DNA from: an uncultured Bacteroidota bacterium | Lineage (GTDB): Bacteria; Bacteroidota; Bacteroidia; UBA7662 | Direction of reading: 5' to 3' | NCBI GenBank assembly: GCA_903856555.1 | Contig: CAIOCC010000103.1 | Coordinates: 1-47,939, forward strand | DNA: 47,939 nucleotides | In this document: positions 10,241 through 17,734 of the stretch, one piece after another | Numbering within the stretch: position 1 is the first letter of the stretch | Layout of the letters: the number at the start of each line of letters is the position of its first letter | Made by a program: the position numbers and the translations under genes | The notes under the pieces: model-generated | What the model was told of the DNA's origin: nothing | Database searches by the model: none | Seen by the model: only the letters and a program-made list of their open reading frames with translations

Positions 10241-11010
10241 TAGAAACGCAAATGTTTGACTGTTAATCCGTTATTTATAAGTGTATTCAAGGCCTGGATT
10301 CCGATTTCCAAGTGGGTTTGGGCATAATGAGCGGTCACTCGGCGGTCGCTGACCCCTGTTTTGACCCCTTCGGGTATCATGGGCTGATCGCTGACCAACA
10401 ACAAAGCCCCGCTGGGAATGCCGTTGTAAAAGCCGACCGAAAACAAAGTGGCGGTCTCCATGTCAATGGCCATAGCGCGGATTTTTTGGAGGTAAGCTTT
10501 GAAGACTTTGTCATGCTCCCAAACCCGCCGGTTGGTGGTGTAAACGGTCCCGGTCCAATAGTCCAGGCCCAGGTCGCGGATGGTGGTGGAGAGGGCTTTT
10601 TGGAGGGCAAAGGAGGGCAAGGCTGGTACTTCGGGAGGAAAGTAATCGCTGGAGGTACCCTCGCCTCGTATGGCGGCGATGGGCAAAATAAAATCGCCCA
10701 AGGCGTTTTTCTTTTTGAGACCACCGCACTTGCCCAAAAACAGAACGGCTTTGGGGGAAACGGCCGTGAGCAAATCCATCACCGTTGCGGCCATCGGAGA
10801 ACCCATCCCAAAATTCAACAAGGTGATACCGCCGGAACGGACACTGCTGATGGGTTTGTCCAAACCTTGGATAGGGACGTTGAATTTCTCCGCAAAAAGT
10901 TCCAGGTAATGGCTGAAATTGGTGAGCAGGATATACGGCGTAAAATCTCCCAAAGCCAAACCCGTGTAGCGGGGCAGCCAATCGTGCACAATTTCTTCCT
11001 TGCTTTTCAT
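10240..11010 (-). CDS. Short AMP nucleosidase-like / PNP_UDP_1 family nucleoside phosphorylase
   Basis: 256 aa. KEEIVHDWLPRYTG... at the N-terminus, then a nucleoside-phosphorylase fold (LFLGKCGGLK, IAAIRGEGTS, AIDMETATLF). It resembles the ~257-aa Bacteroidota proteins annotated as AMP nucleosidase. Confidence 0.6.
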   Translation of the reverse strand: MKSKEEIVHDWLPRYTGLALGDFTPYILLTNFSHYLELFAEKFNVPIQGLDKPISSVRSGGITLLNFGMGSPMAATVMDLLTAVSPKAVLFLGKCGGLKKKNALGDFILPIAAIRGEGTSSDYFPPEVPALPSFALQKALSTTIRDLGLDYWTGTVYTTNRRVWEHDKVFKAYLQKIRAMAIDMETATLFSVGFYNGIPSGALLLVSDQPMIPEGVKTGVSDRRVTAHYAQTHLEIGIQALNTLINNGLTVKHLRF

Positions 11011-11022
11011 GGTTTATTCATT

Positions 11023-11030
11023 CAAAATTA
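11023..11030 (-). promoter_or_regulatory. Candidate -7 box TAATTTTG, 12 nt upstream of the AMP-nucleosidase-like ATG (11010)
   Basis: Perfect TAnnTTTG on the minus strand, inside the 47-bp divergent spacer. Confidence 0.35.
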
Positions 11031-11041
11031 CGCCGATGCTT

Positions 11042-11049
11042 TAGTTTTG
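11042..11049 (+). promoter_or_regulatory. Candidate -7 box TAGTTTTG, 8 nt upstream of ATG 11058
   Basis: Perfect TAnnTTTG on the plus strand, back-to-back with the minus-strand box at 11023-11030. Confidence 0.35.
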
Positions 11050-11057
11050 GATGTCCC

Positions 11058-11570
11058 ATGATGGAGAATAGGCCCCCATTGAATCGACCCCTCCTTTTTC
11101 CTGAGGTGGCGCTGCTTCGTCGTTGGCACAAGGAGCGTGAAGAGGTTTGGGATGCTTTCCGGCGTCGCTGGTTGGTTCTGGGTCCCGAGGAATGGGTCCG
11201 CCAACACCTGGCCCATTATTTGGTGAACCACTTGGGCTATCCCAAGAACCGATTGGTCATCGAAAAGCGAGTAGGGGGCGGTGTGGACTCGACGCGCATG
11301 GATTTGCTGGTGATTGGCAAGGAGGGCGAACCGTTGGTTTTGGTGGAATGCAAAGCACCGCAAACGATGCTGAGCGAAGAGGTTTGGTGGCAGGTTTCGG
11401 GGTATGAAATGCAGATTCCTGCACCCGTTGTGGCGGTTACCAACGGTCTGGAGATGGAAGTTAGGCAACGCGCTCCCCAAGGTTGGTTAAGCCTGCCGGG
11501 TATTCCTCCGGTCTCTGCCTGGAGACGGCGGGATTCAAAGGGGACGAAGCCGGGGTTATCGGGGAAGTAA
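11058..11570 (+). CDS. Type I restriction enzyme HsdR N-terminal domain-containing protein (stand-alone small PD-(D/E)xK-like protein)
   Basis: PEEWVRQHLAHYLVNHLGYPKN...DLLVIGKEGEPLVLVECKAP...VAVTNG matches the conserved ~150-aa Bacteroidota HSDR_N family that commonly neighbours holA. No R/M/S subunits are nearby. Confidence 0.7.
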   Translation: MMENRPPLNRPLLFPEVALLRRWHKEREEVWDAFRRRWLVLGPEEWVRQHLAHYLVNHLGYPKNRLVIEKRVGGGVDSTRMDLLVIGKEGEPLVLVECKAPQTMLSEEVWWQVSGYEMQIPAPVVAVTNGLEMEVRQRAPQGWLSLPGIPPVSAWRRRDSKGTKPGLSGK

Positions 11571-12248
11571 ACCCGCCAATATTTTGATTTGGCGGCTGTC
11601 GTAAACGTCGGTGCCTTGGTCGTCCTTGAGGCTATCCAAGAGCATGGCGGCGGCTACCTCTTTGGCGGCCACGGCGGCCATGGAGCGGGGCAACAAAAAA
11701 TCCCAGAGTCGGTAGGTTAACCTTGCTACGTATTCGGCAGGCCGGCTTTCGCTCCGATCGCCCAACAAGAGGCCGGGGCGGAATAGACTCAGCCGATCAA
11801 ATTCCAAGCGGCGAAGAGCGTCTTCCACTTCCCCCTTGGTGCGGGCATAGGGTAATCTGGACTGGGTATTTGCGCCGGCGGATGAAACAACGCCAAAGTA
11901 GGGAACCCCTGCTTGACGGGCCAGGATACCGGCATCCACCACCATTTGGTAATCGACCCTGCGAAAGGCTTCCAGGGACCCTGCTTTGCGAAGGGTGGTC
12001 CCCAAGCAACAAAAAACCCGGTCAATGGCCGTATAATGACCGGCATCGGTACCGGGCTCCAGGAGGGTGGAATGCTCCCAGCGTAATTTGTAATGGGTAA
12101 AAGGAGGCTGGGTTCGGCCCAGGCAAAGAATTTCGTAAACCTGATCGCTCTTGATGCAAAGTTCCAGCAAGGCTTGACCCACCAGACCGCTGTAGCCCAA
12201 CAGGAGAACGCGCCGCTGGGGGCGGTGAAGGGAACCGGGCTTATCCAT
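11556..12248 (-). CDS. NAD(P)H-binding Rossmann-fold oxidoreductase (HTATIP2/semialdehyde-dehydrogenase-like)
   Basis: N-terminal RVLLLGYSGLVGQALL glycine-rich dinucleotide motif. 230 aa, atypical SDR layout. Confidence 0.6.
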   Translation of the reverse strand: MDKPGSLHRPQRRVLLLGYSGLVGQALLELCIKSDQVYEILCLGRTQPPFTHYKLRWEHSTLLEPGTDAGHYTAIDRVFCCLGTTLRKAGSLEAFRRVDYQMVVDAGILARQAGVPYFGVVSSAGANTQSRLPYARTKGEVEDALRRLEFDRLSLFRPGLLLGDRSESRPAEYVARLTYRLWDFLLPRSMAAVAAKEVAAAMLLDSLKDDQGTDVYDSRQIKILAGLLPR

Positions 12249-12708
12249 GATGATAGGGTTGGTGATTTAGAATGCTGAACCCTCGGTACAATTGTTCCAT
12301 CAAAATCAGACGTACCAAGGGATGCGGAAAGGTAAGGGGAGAAAGGGACCAAATCCAGTCGGCCTTGCGACGTAATTCATCCTGAACTCCGTAGGCACCG
12401 CCGACCACAAATTGAACGCGGTCCGTTCCAGCATTGCCCCATTTTTCGAGTTGCCCCGCCAAGCCCGAACTGCTCACCGACTGGCCCCGTTCATCCAAGA
12501 CAACCAGCGCGTGACGTGGCTTTAACTTGCTAAGAATCAAGCGATTCTCGGCTGACTTTTGATCCTCCGGTGAAAGGCCTTGTTCTTTGATGGCCAGTTC
12601 CGTGACGGTCAGACGGCAATAATGCCGCAGGCGTTCATGAAAATGTTCGCATCCGTTCACCACATAGGGTTCACGAATTTTCCCAATCAGCAAAAGTTCG
12701 ATCACCAT
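12241..12708 (-). CDS. rlmH: 23S rRNA (pseudouridine1915-N3)-methyltransferase
   Basis: 155 aa SPOUT protein: IELLLIGKI at the N-terminus and C-terminal FVVGGAYG...SLSPLTFPHPLVRLILMEQLYR. Confidence 0.9.
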   Translation of the reverse strand: MVIELLLIGKIREPYVVNGCEHFHERLRHYCRLTVTELAIKEQGLSPEDQKSAENRLILSKLKPRHALVVLDERGQSVSSSGLAGQLEKWGNAGTDRVQFVVGGAYGVQDELRRKADWIWSLSPLTFPHPLVRLILMEQLYRGFSILNHQPYHHG

Positions 12709-12744
12709 GGGTGCTCGACGGGGATAGGGGTCCCAGTGTCCAGC

Positions 12745-13440
12745 TTACTTTTTCTTGATGTCGAGCAATTCGACTTCAAAAATCAGCACAGCATGCGGTG
12801 GGATTTTTTCGCCGGCACCACGCTCACCGTAGGCCAGATTGCTGGGCAGGTAGAGCTTGAAGATGGAGCCTTTGGGCATGAGCTGTAGGCCTTCGGTCCA
12901 GCCAGCGATCACACCATTGAGTGGGAAGGTGGCGGGTTCACCGCGCTCCTTGGAGGAATCAAATACTTCCCCTTTGGTGGTGGTTCCGTGGTAATGAACT
13001 GTGACTTCGTCGGTCGCTAGGGGCTTGGCTCCGTCGCCCATCTTGACGACTTCGTATTGCAAACCGCTTGCGGTGGTTGTGATCCCTTTTTTCTTAGCGT
13101 TATCGGCCAGGTAGGCTTCGCCTTCTTTCTTGCTTTCGGCACCCTTGGCTTCGGAGATCTTGGTGAAATAGGCTTGAATGGCCATCATGGCTTCTTGATC
13201 ACCCATCCAGGGGCTGTCACCTGCCAAAATATGTTCCATGCCTTTCATCATGGCCTGGAGGTTCAATTCCTTGATTCCTTGGGTTTTGATGTTCGAGGCG
13301 ATGTTTACGCCCAATCCATAGGATACGCTGTCCAATTCGGTTTTGAGGTCTTCTTTTTTCATTTTGTTGTTTTGGGCATTGCAGGATACAGTCCAGAGCC
13401 CGGTGGCCAAAAGGACGGCGTGGAGGATTTTGTGATTCAT
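12745..13440 (-). CDS. FKBP-type peptidyl-prolyl cis-trans isomerase, lipoprotein
   Basis: Lipobox LLATGLWTVSC, an FKBP_N-like helical part, and the FKBP core GLQYEVVKMGDG...VTVHYHGTTTKGEVFDSS...GVIAGWTEGLQLM...LAYGERG. Confidence 0.85.
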   Translation of the reverse strand: MNHKILHAVLLATGLWTVSCNAQNNKMKKEDLKTELDSVSYGLGVNIASNIKTQGIKELNLQAMMKGMEHILAGDSPWMGDQEAMMAIQAYFTKISEAKGAESKKEGEAYLADNAKKKGITTTASGLQYEVVKMGDGAKPLATDEVTVHYHGTTTKGEVFDSSKERGEPATFPLNGVIAGWTEGLQLMPKGSIFKLYLPSNLAYGERGAGEKIPPHAVLIFEVELLDIKKK

Positions 13441-14573
13441 GATGGGGAGAGTTGAAGTCTAAAGTGGTCGCGAAGATAATCCAGGTCGGGAGCATTTTGT
13501 CCAGCAACCCAAGCGGGGTGCAGATAGACCCGGTAAAGGTCCGTGCCCAGGTGTCCACTGAAGAGGGGGGTCTGGGGCTCAGCGGGAGCGGGCGTCCCCT
13601 TTCCGGTGTGCATGTGGGGGTTTTCGATGACATGAATTTCGTCCCAAAAGCCTTCTTGAAGGAAAAGCTCCAGGGTTTTGGCGCCACCCTCAACCAACAC
13701 GGAATTCAGTCCCTCCTCCACAAGGATCTTATGCCAGGACTTGAGTCCCTCGGGGCTCTTGGTTGGCCCCGAATCAGACGGGTCGTTCGTTGGCCAGGGC
13801 ATAGGGAGGGGTTGGGGATTTCGATGCATAACCTGAAGATCAAGGGGCCAGGGTCGGGAATCCCCTGCAACGGCGATGCGCGGATGGGGCGGACCCGCCA
13901 ACCGGGCATCCAGAATAGGGTTGTCAAGAAGGAGGGTGCGGGCGCCCACCAACAAGGCGGCTTGTTCCCTGCGGAGGCGATGGACCCAACGCTGTGCCTG
14001 GGGTCCGCTGATTCGAGGCCCGGGCCCGTTTTCTCCTTGGTCAAGGTACCCGTCCGCGGTTCGAGCCCATTTGAGTACGGTATAGGGTCGATTTTGGTGG
14101 ACCATGGTTTCGAAGCGTCGGTTCATCCAGCGGGCTTCTTTTTCCAGAACGGGACCGCGGACCTGAAGGCCGGCGGTTCGAAGTCGTTCCAAACCTCGGC
14201 CCTGGACCAAGGGATGGGGATCGGTGCAGGCGTAGACCACCGTTCCAATTCCAGATGCAAGGATGGCCTCCGTGCAGGGCGGGGTTCGGCCGTGATGATT
14301 GCAGGGTTCCAAGCTGATATAGAGCGTGGCGGCCGCAGCAGCTCCTTCACCGATTTGGTGATCTTGGAGGTAGGACTTCCAAGCCTTTAGCGCGTTAATT
14401 TCGGCATGGGCCAAGCCGCAGGACTGGTGAAAACCCTCCGCAACGACCCGGTTGTCCAACGTAATCAAGGCACCTACCAAGGGGTTGGGAGAGACCGCCG
14501 ATCCGGGGACATCGGCCAATTCCAAGCAGCGACGAATAAATGGCCAATCCGATGGCAGAGGGGGGAGCATCAT
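13437..14573 (-). CDS. ribD: Bifunctional diaminohydroxyphosphoribosylaminopyrimidine deaminase / 5-amino-6-(5-phosphoribosylamino)uracil reductase
   Basis: Zinc deaminase motifs HAEINAL and PCNHHGRTPPC, followed by a RibD_C-type reductase domain. ATGA overlap with the downstream FKBP gene. Confidence 0.9.
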   Translation of the reverse strand: MMLPPLPSDWPFIRRCLELADVPGSAVSPNPLVGALITLDNRVVAEGFHQSCGLAHAEINALKAWKSYLQDHQIGEGAAAAATLYISLEPCNHHGRTPPCTEAILASGIGTVVYACTDPHPLVQGRGLERLRTAGLQVRGPVLEKEARWMNRRFETMVHQNRPYTVLKWARTADGYLDQGENGPGPRISGPQAQRWVHRLRREQAALLVGARTLLLDNPILDARLAGPPHPRIAVAGDSRPWPLDLQVMHRNPQPLPMPWPTNDPSDSGPTKSPEGLKSWHKILVEEGLNSVLVEGGAKTLELFLQEGFWDEIHVIENPHMHTGKGTPAPAEPQTPLFSGHLGTDLYRVYLHPAWVAGQNAPDLDYLRDHFRLQLSPS

Positions 14574-14581
14574 GGTATCGT

Positions 14582-14589
14582 CAAAATTA
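14582..14589 (-). promoter_or_regulatory. Candidate -7 box TAATTTTG, 8 nt upstream of the ribD ATG (14573)
   Basis: Perfect TAnnTTTG on the minus strand in the 42-bp ribD/prmC divergent spacer. Confidence 0.35.
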
Positions 14590-14615
14590 GTTCTTCTGCC
14601 TAACTTGCCTGCACA

Positions 14616-15440
14616 ATGAATTCAAGCGGGACGGCAACAATGGGGGAATGGAAGCGCCGTTTGGGCCATCATTACCCCTCCGGGGAATTGGCCGCGATGC
14701 GTCGCTTTTGGATGGAAGAATCTTCGCAGGATCCGGACGAAGTCCAGTGGAACCGCCTTGTATCTCGAGAACCGGTTCAATATGTTCTGCGCAAGGCCTG
14801 GTTCATGGGAAGAACCCTGGAGGTCGACGGCTCGGTTCTCATTCCAAGGCCTGAATCCGAAGAATTGGTGGCCTGGGTCCTTGAAGCAAAGGAGAACCAC
14901 GCGGAGGCTTTTTTGGATTTGGGAACAGGGAGCGGTTGCCTGGCCCTGGCTCTGGCTTGGAAGGGAGTTTGCTGTCCGGTTTACGGGGTGGATGTTTCGG
15001 CGGAGGCGTTGAAAACCGCCCGAAAGAATGCCGTAGCCTGGGGCTTGGAGTCGAGTTTTGTTGGCCTGCAGGCTGACTTTATGGACAAGGCCTGGGTGCC
15101 GCCCTCGGCGGCTTTATGGATCAGCAATCCACCCTACATCGGTCTGGATGAAGCCGCCCAAATGGAGAAACATGTCCTTGACTATGAGCCTTCTACGGCT
15201 CTCTTTGCCCCGAGTCCGGACCCGCTGGATGTATACCGCGCATTGGCAGAACATTTTTTGAAAGATCCGGTGGCCCGTTCTTTTTGGCTGGAGCTCAACC
15301 CGCGTTATGCCGAGGAATGTTTGTTGTTATGGACTGGCTGTCAGGCCCAAATCCGCAGGGATATGCAAGGCAAACCCCGCATGCTGCGGGTTATCAAAGA
15401 ACCGCTACCACAGCAGCCTGACGATCAATCTTGCGCATAA
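14616..15440 (+). CDS. prmC: Peptide chain release factor N(5)-glutamine methyltransferase
   Basis: SAM motif LDLGTGSGCLALALA and the catalytic ISNPPYI (NPPY) motif. HemK/PrmC size and layout. Confidence 0.85.
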   Translation: MNSSGTATMGEWKRRLGHHYPSGELAAMRRFWMEESSQDPDEVQWNRLVSREPVQYVLRKAWFMGRTLEVDGSVLIPRPESEELVAWVLEAKENHAEAFLDLGTGSGCLALALAWKGVCCPVYGVDVSAEALKTARKNAVAWGLESSFVGLQADFMDKAWVPPSAALWISNPPYIGLDEAAQMEKHVLDYEPSTALFAPSPDPLDVYRALAEHFLKDPVARSFWLELNPRYAEECLLLWTGCQAQIRRDMQGKPRMLRVIKEPLPQQPDDQSCA

Positions 15441-16278
15441 GGCCTTGCAAAACTTTGCCGGGTCCCAGCTCACTGAATTCGGTGGCCCCATCACGGATCA
15501 TCGCCCGAACGCCTTGCGTCCATTGCACGGCACCGGTTAACTGAAGGTTGAGGCCTTCCCGTATTTTCTCAGGATCGATTCGGCCTTCGTTGGGGGCTAT
15601 GTTTTGGTAAACGGGGCAGCGTGGTGCGCGCAGTGTGGTGGCCGCCAAGGCGGTTTCCAAGGCTTGGGCGGCGCTGGCCATGTAAGGCGAATGGAAGGCT
15701 CCGCCGACCTGCAAGGGGACGACCTTGAGGGCTCCGGCTTCGATGGCTTTTTGGCCGGCTTCGTGGACGCCAACGGGTCCTCCGGAAATGACCACCTGAC
15801 CGGGGCAATTAAAATTAGCGGCTACCACCGTTTCGGAATGGACGCTGGCACAAATTTCGACCACCCGCTCGTCGTCCAGTCCCAAAACCGCCGCCATGGT
15901 CGAAGGTTGTTCTTCACAGGCTTTTTGCATGGCCGCGGCCCGCAGGGCCACGAGGCGCAATCCGTCCCCAAAGTCCAGGGCCCCGGCAGCTGTCAAGGCC
16001 GAAAATTCTCCCAAGGAATGCCCGGCAACCATCGATGGTTCAAAGCGTTCCCCCAGGATTTCGGCCCAAATCACGGAGTACAAGAAAACGGCCGGCTGGG
16101 TCACTTTGGTGGCTTTGAGATCTTCTTCGCTGCCATCGCAAAGGAGGCTCTTGATGGAATAGCCCAGGATTTCGGAGGCCTGATCCAAACGGGTTTCGGC
16201 CAAGGGATCCAGGGCCAGCAAATCGCGGCCCATGCCGGGGTATTGGGATCCTTGTCCAGGAAAGAGATAGGCGCGCAT
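15394..16278 (-). CDS. fabD: ACP S-malonyltransferase
   Basis: MRAYLFPGQGSQYPGMG, the active-site GHSLGEFSAL, and VGGAFHS. Confidence 0.92.
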   Translation of the reverse strand: MRAYLFPGQGSQYPGMGRDLLALDPLAETRLDQASEILGYSIKSLLCDGSEEDLKATKVTQPAVFLYSVIWAEILGERFEPSMVAGHSLGEFSALTAAGALDFGDGLRLVALRAAAMQKACEEQPSTMAAVLGLDDERVVEICASVHSETVVAANFNCPGQVVISGGPVGVHEAGQKAIEAGALKVVPLQVGGAFHSPYMASAAQALETALAATTLRAPRCPVYQNIAPNEGRIDPEKIREGLNLQLTGAVQWTQGVRAMIRDGATEFSELGPGKVLQGLMRKIDRQAAVVAVL

Positions 16279-16292
16279 AGGTTTGGGTTGGT

Positions 16293-16733
16293 TTAAGGTG
16301 CGGGGGGAAGGCCTCCAAAACCGGGACCGTAATAGGTCACGGAATTGTTGGGGGTTTCAAAGAGTTGGAGGCTGTAAAGGCGGTAGCGGGGGTGCTGCAG
16401 GGTTTCCCACAATTGGTCCCAAATAGCCATGGCCAGGTTCTCCGTCGAGGCCATGCGACCCTGCATGAAAGGCACGTCCAGGTTGATATTCGAATGGTCC
16501 AGAGGTTCAATGACCCGGTCTTCGATGATTTTTTTGAGCCATTTGAGGTCGACCACAAAGCCGGTATCCGGATCCACTTCACCGGCCACGGTGACCCAAA
16601 GTTCAAAATTATGCCCGTGCCAATGCTTGTTGGCGCATTTGCCAAAGACCTCTTCGTTGCGTGCTTGGTCCCATTGGGGATTCCACAATTTGTGAGCGGC
16701 GTTGAAATGAGCTTTGCGGGTAACAAGAATCAT
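16293..16733 (-). CDS. 6-pyruvoyl-tetrahydropterin synthase family enzyme (COG0720; PTPS/QueD), eukaryote-like subtype
   Basis: ATG 16733 gives MILVTRKAHFNAAHKL.... The Zn/catalytic motif is FGKCANKHWHGHNF (C-x5-HGH). LDHSNINLDVPF...STENLAMAIWDQL...LFETPNNSVTYYG parallels mammalian PTPS almost motif for motif. Confidence 0.85.
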   Translation of the reverse strand: MILVTRKAHFNAAHKLWNPQWDQARNEEVFGKCANKHWHGHNFELWVTVAGEVDPDTGFVVDLKWLKKIIEDRVIEPLDHSNINLDVPFMQGRMASTENLAMAIWDQLWETLQHPRYRLYSLQLFETPNNSVTYYGPGFGGLPPAP

Positions 16734-16740
16734 AGGCGGC

Positions 16741-16748
16741 CAAAGATA
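16741..16748 (-). promoter_or_regulatory. Candidate -7 box TATCTTTG, 7 nt upstream of the PTPS ATG (16733)
   Basis: Perfect TAnnTTTG on the minus strand within the 35-bp divergent spacer. Confidence 0.35.
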
Positions 16749-16756
16749 CAAAGGCT

Positions 16757-16764
16757 TAATTTTG
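16757..16764 (+). promoter_or_regulatory. Candidate -7 box TAATTTTG, 4 nt upstream of the hldD ATG (16769)
   Basis: Perfect TAnnTTTG. The sequence reads TAATTTTG-GGCA-ATG. It lies back-to-back with the box at 16741-16748. Confidence 0.4.
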
Positions 16765-16768
16765 GGCA

Positions 16769-17728
16769 ATGATAATCGTAACAGGAGCTGGAGGATTTAT
16801 TGGAGCGCACCTGGCCGCTCGCCTCAACGGGCTGGGATACCGGGATTTGGTCTTGGTGGACGATTGGAACGACCCGACCAAGGCCCAGCGTCTGGAATCC
16901 GGACTGCTTGGCCAAACCGTCCATCGGGAGGCTTTTCCCGACTGGCTGCACCAAAACCAGGCCTACGTTCAGCAGGTTTTTCACTTGGGTGCAAGAACCG
17001 ACACCATGCTGGGGGATGAGGAAGTCTTTGATCGCCTGAATTTGAATTATTCCAAAGAAGTCTGGCGAATTTGTGCTGAGTTTGGCTTGCCGTTGGTTTA
17101 TGCTTCTTCGGCCGCAACCTACGGCGGCGGCGAGCACGGGTTCAAGGATGGAATGGATGGGTTGGAACGCTATCGTCCTTTGAACCCCTACGCTTGGTCC
17201 AAACATCGATTTGACCTGTGGGTGCGGGAGCAGCATCGAACGCCTTTGCGTTGGGCCGGGCTCAAATTTTTTAATGTTTTCGGACCGGGCGAAGGTCCCA
17301 AAGGCCGGATGGCATCCGTGGTATGGCACGCCTACCGTCAGATTCAGGAAACCGGTAAGGTCCAATTGTTTCGTTCGCATCGCCCGGATATTGAGGACGG
17401 GCATCAAAGCCGCGATTTCGTTTGGGTTGATGATGTGGCGGCCGTTTGCCTTTGGTTCATGACCCATGATCACCCGGGGGGGCTTTACAACCTGGGCACC
17501 GGCCAGGCTCGTACCTTCAAGGACCTGGTTCTCGCACTTTTTGCCAGTTTGCAGCTGGAGCCCCGGATTGAATTTGTGGATACCCCGCTTTCCATTCGGG
17601 ATAGCTATCAATACTATACCTGCGCCGACATGGAATGGATGGGGCGTTTGGGCTGCGACCACGCATTCACCTCCCTCGAAGAGGGGGTGGCATCCTATGT
17701 CCGCCGCGAATGGGGCCCTCAAACGTAA
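16769..17728 (+). CDS. hldD: ADP-L-glycero-D-manno-heptose 6-epimerase
   Basis: Matches E. coli HldD/RfaD along its length: MIIVTGAGGFIG, VYASSAATYGG, NPYAWSK (YxxxK), FNVFGPGEGPKGRMASV, SRDFVWVDDVA, YNLGTG. Confidence 0.85.
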   Translation: MIIVTGAGGFIGAHLAARLNGLGYRDLVLVDDWNDPTKAQRLESGLLGQTVHREAFPDWLHQNQAYVQQVFHLGARTDTMLGDEEVFDRLNLNYSKEVWRICAEFGLPLVYASSAATYGGGEHGFKDGMDGLERYRPLNPYAWSKHRFDLWVREQHRTPLRWAGLKFFNVFGPGEGPKGRMASVVWHAYRQIQETGKVQLFRSHRPDIEDGHQSRDFVWVDDVAAVCLWFMTHDHPGGLYNLGTGQARTFKDLVLALFASLQLEPRIEFVDTPLSIRDSYQYYTCADMEWMGRLGCDHAFTSLEEGVASYVRREWGPQT

Positions 17729-17734
17729 TCGATT

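Noticed and set aside
10240-11570. Possible defence module: a PNP/AMP-nucleosidase-like protein next to an HsdR_N nuclease-like protein (plus YraN at 45995-46411)
   Set aside because: Both belong to conserved single-copy Bacteroidota housekeeping families that usually flank holA. There are no methylase, specificity, ATPase, sensor or effector partners, the genes are divergently transcribed, and there are no island hallmarks.
13452-14390. 312-aa plus-strand ORF opposite ribD, and similarly 31724-32383 (-) opposite pyrD, 34371-35099 (+) opposite miaA, 15604-16296 (+) opposite fabD and 10312-11061 (+) opposite the nucleosidase gene
   Set aside because: All are shadow ORFs of confidently assigned genes, and none shows family signatures.
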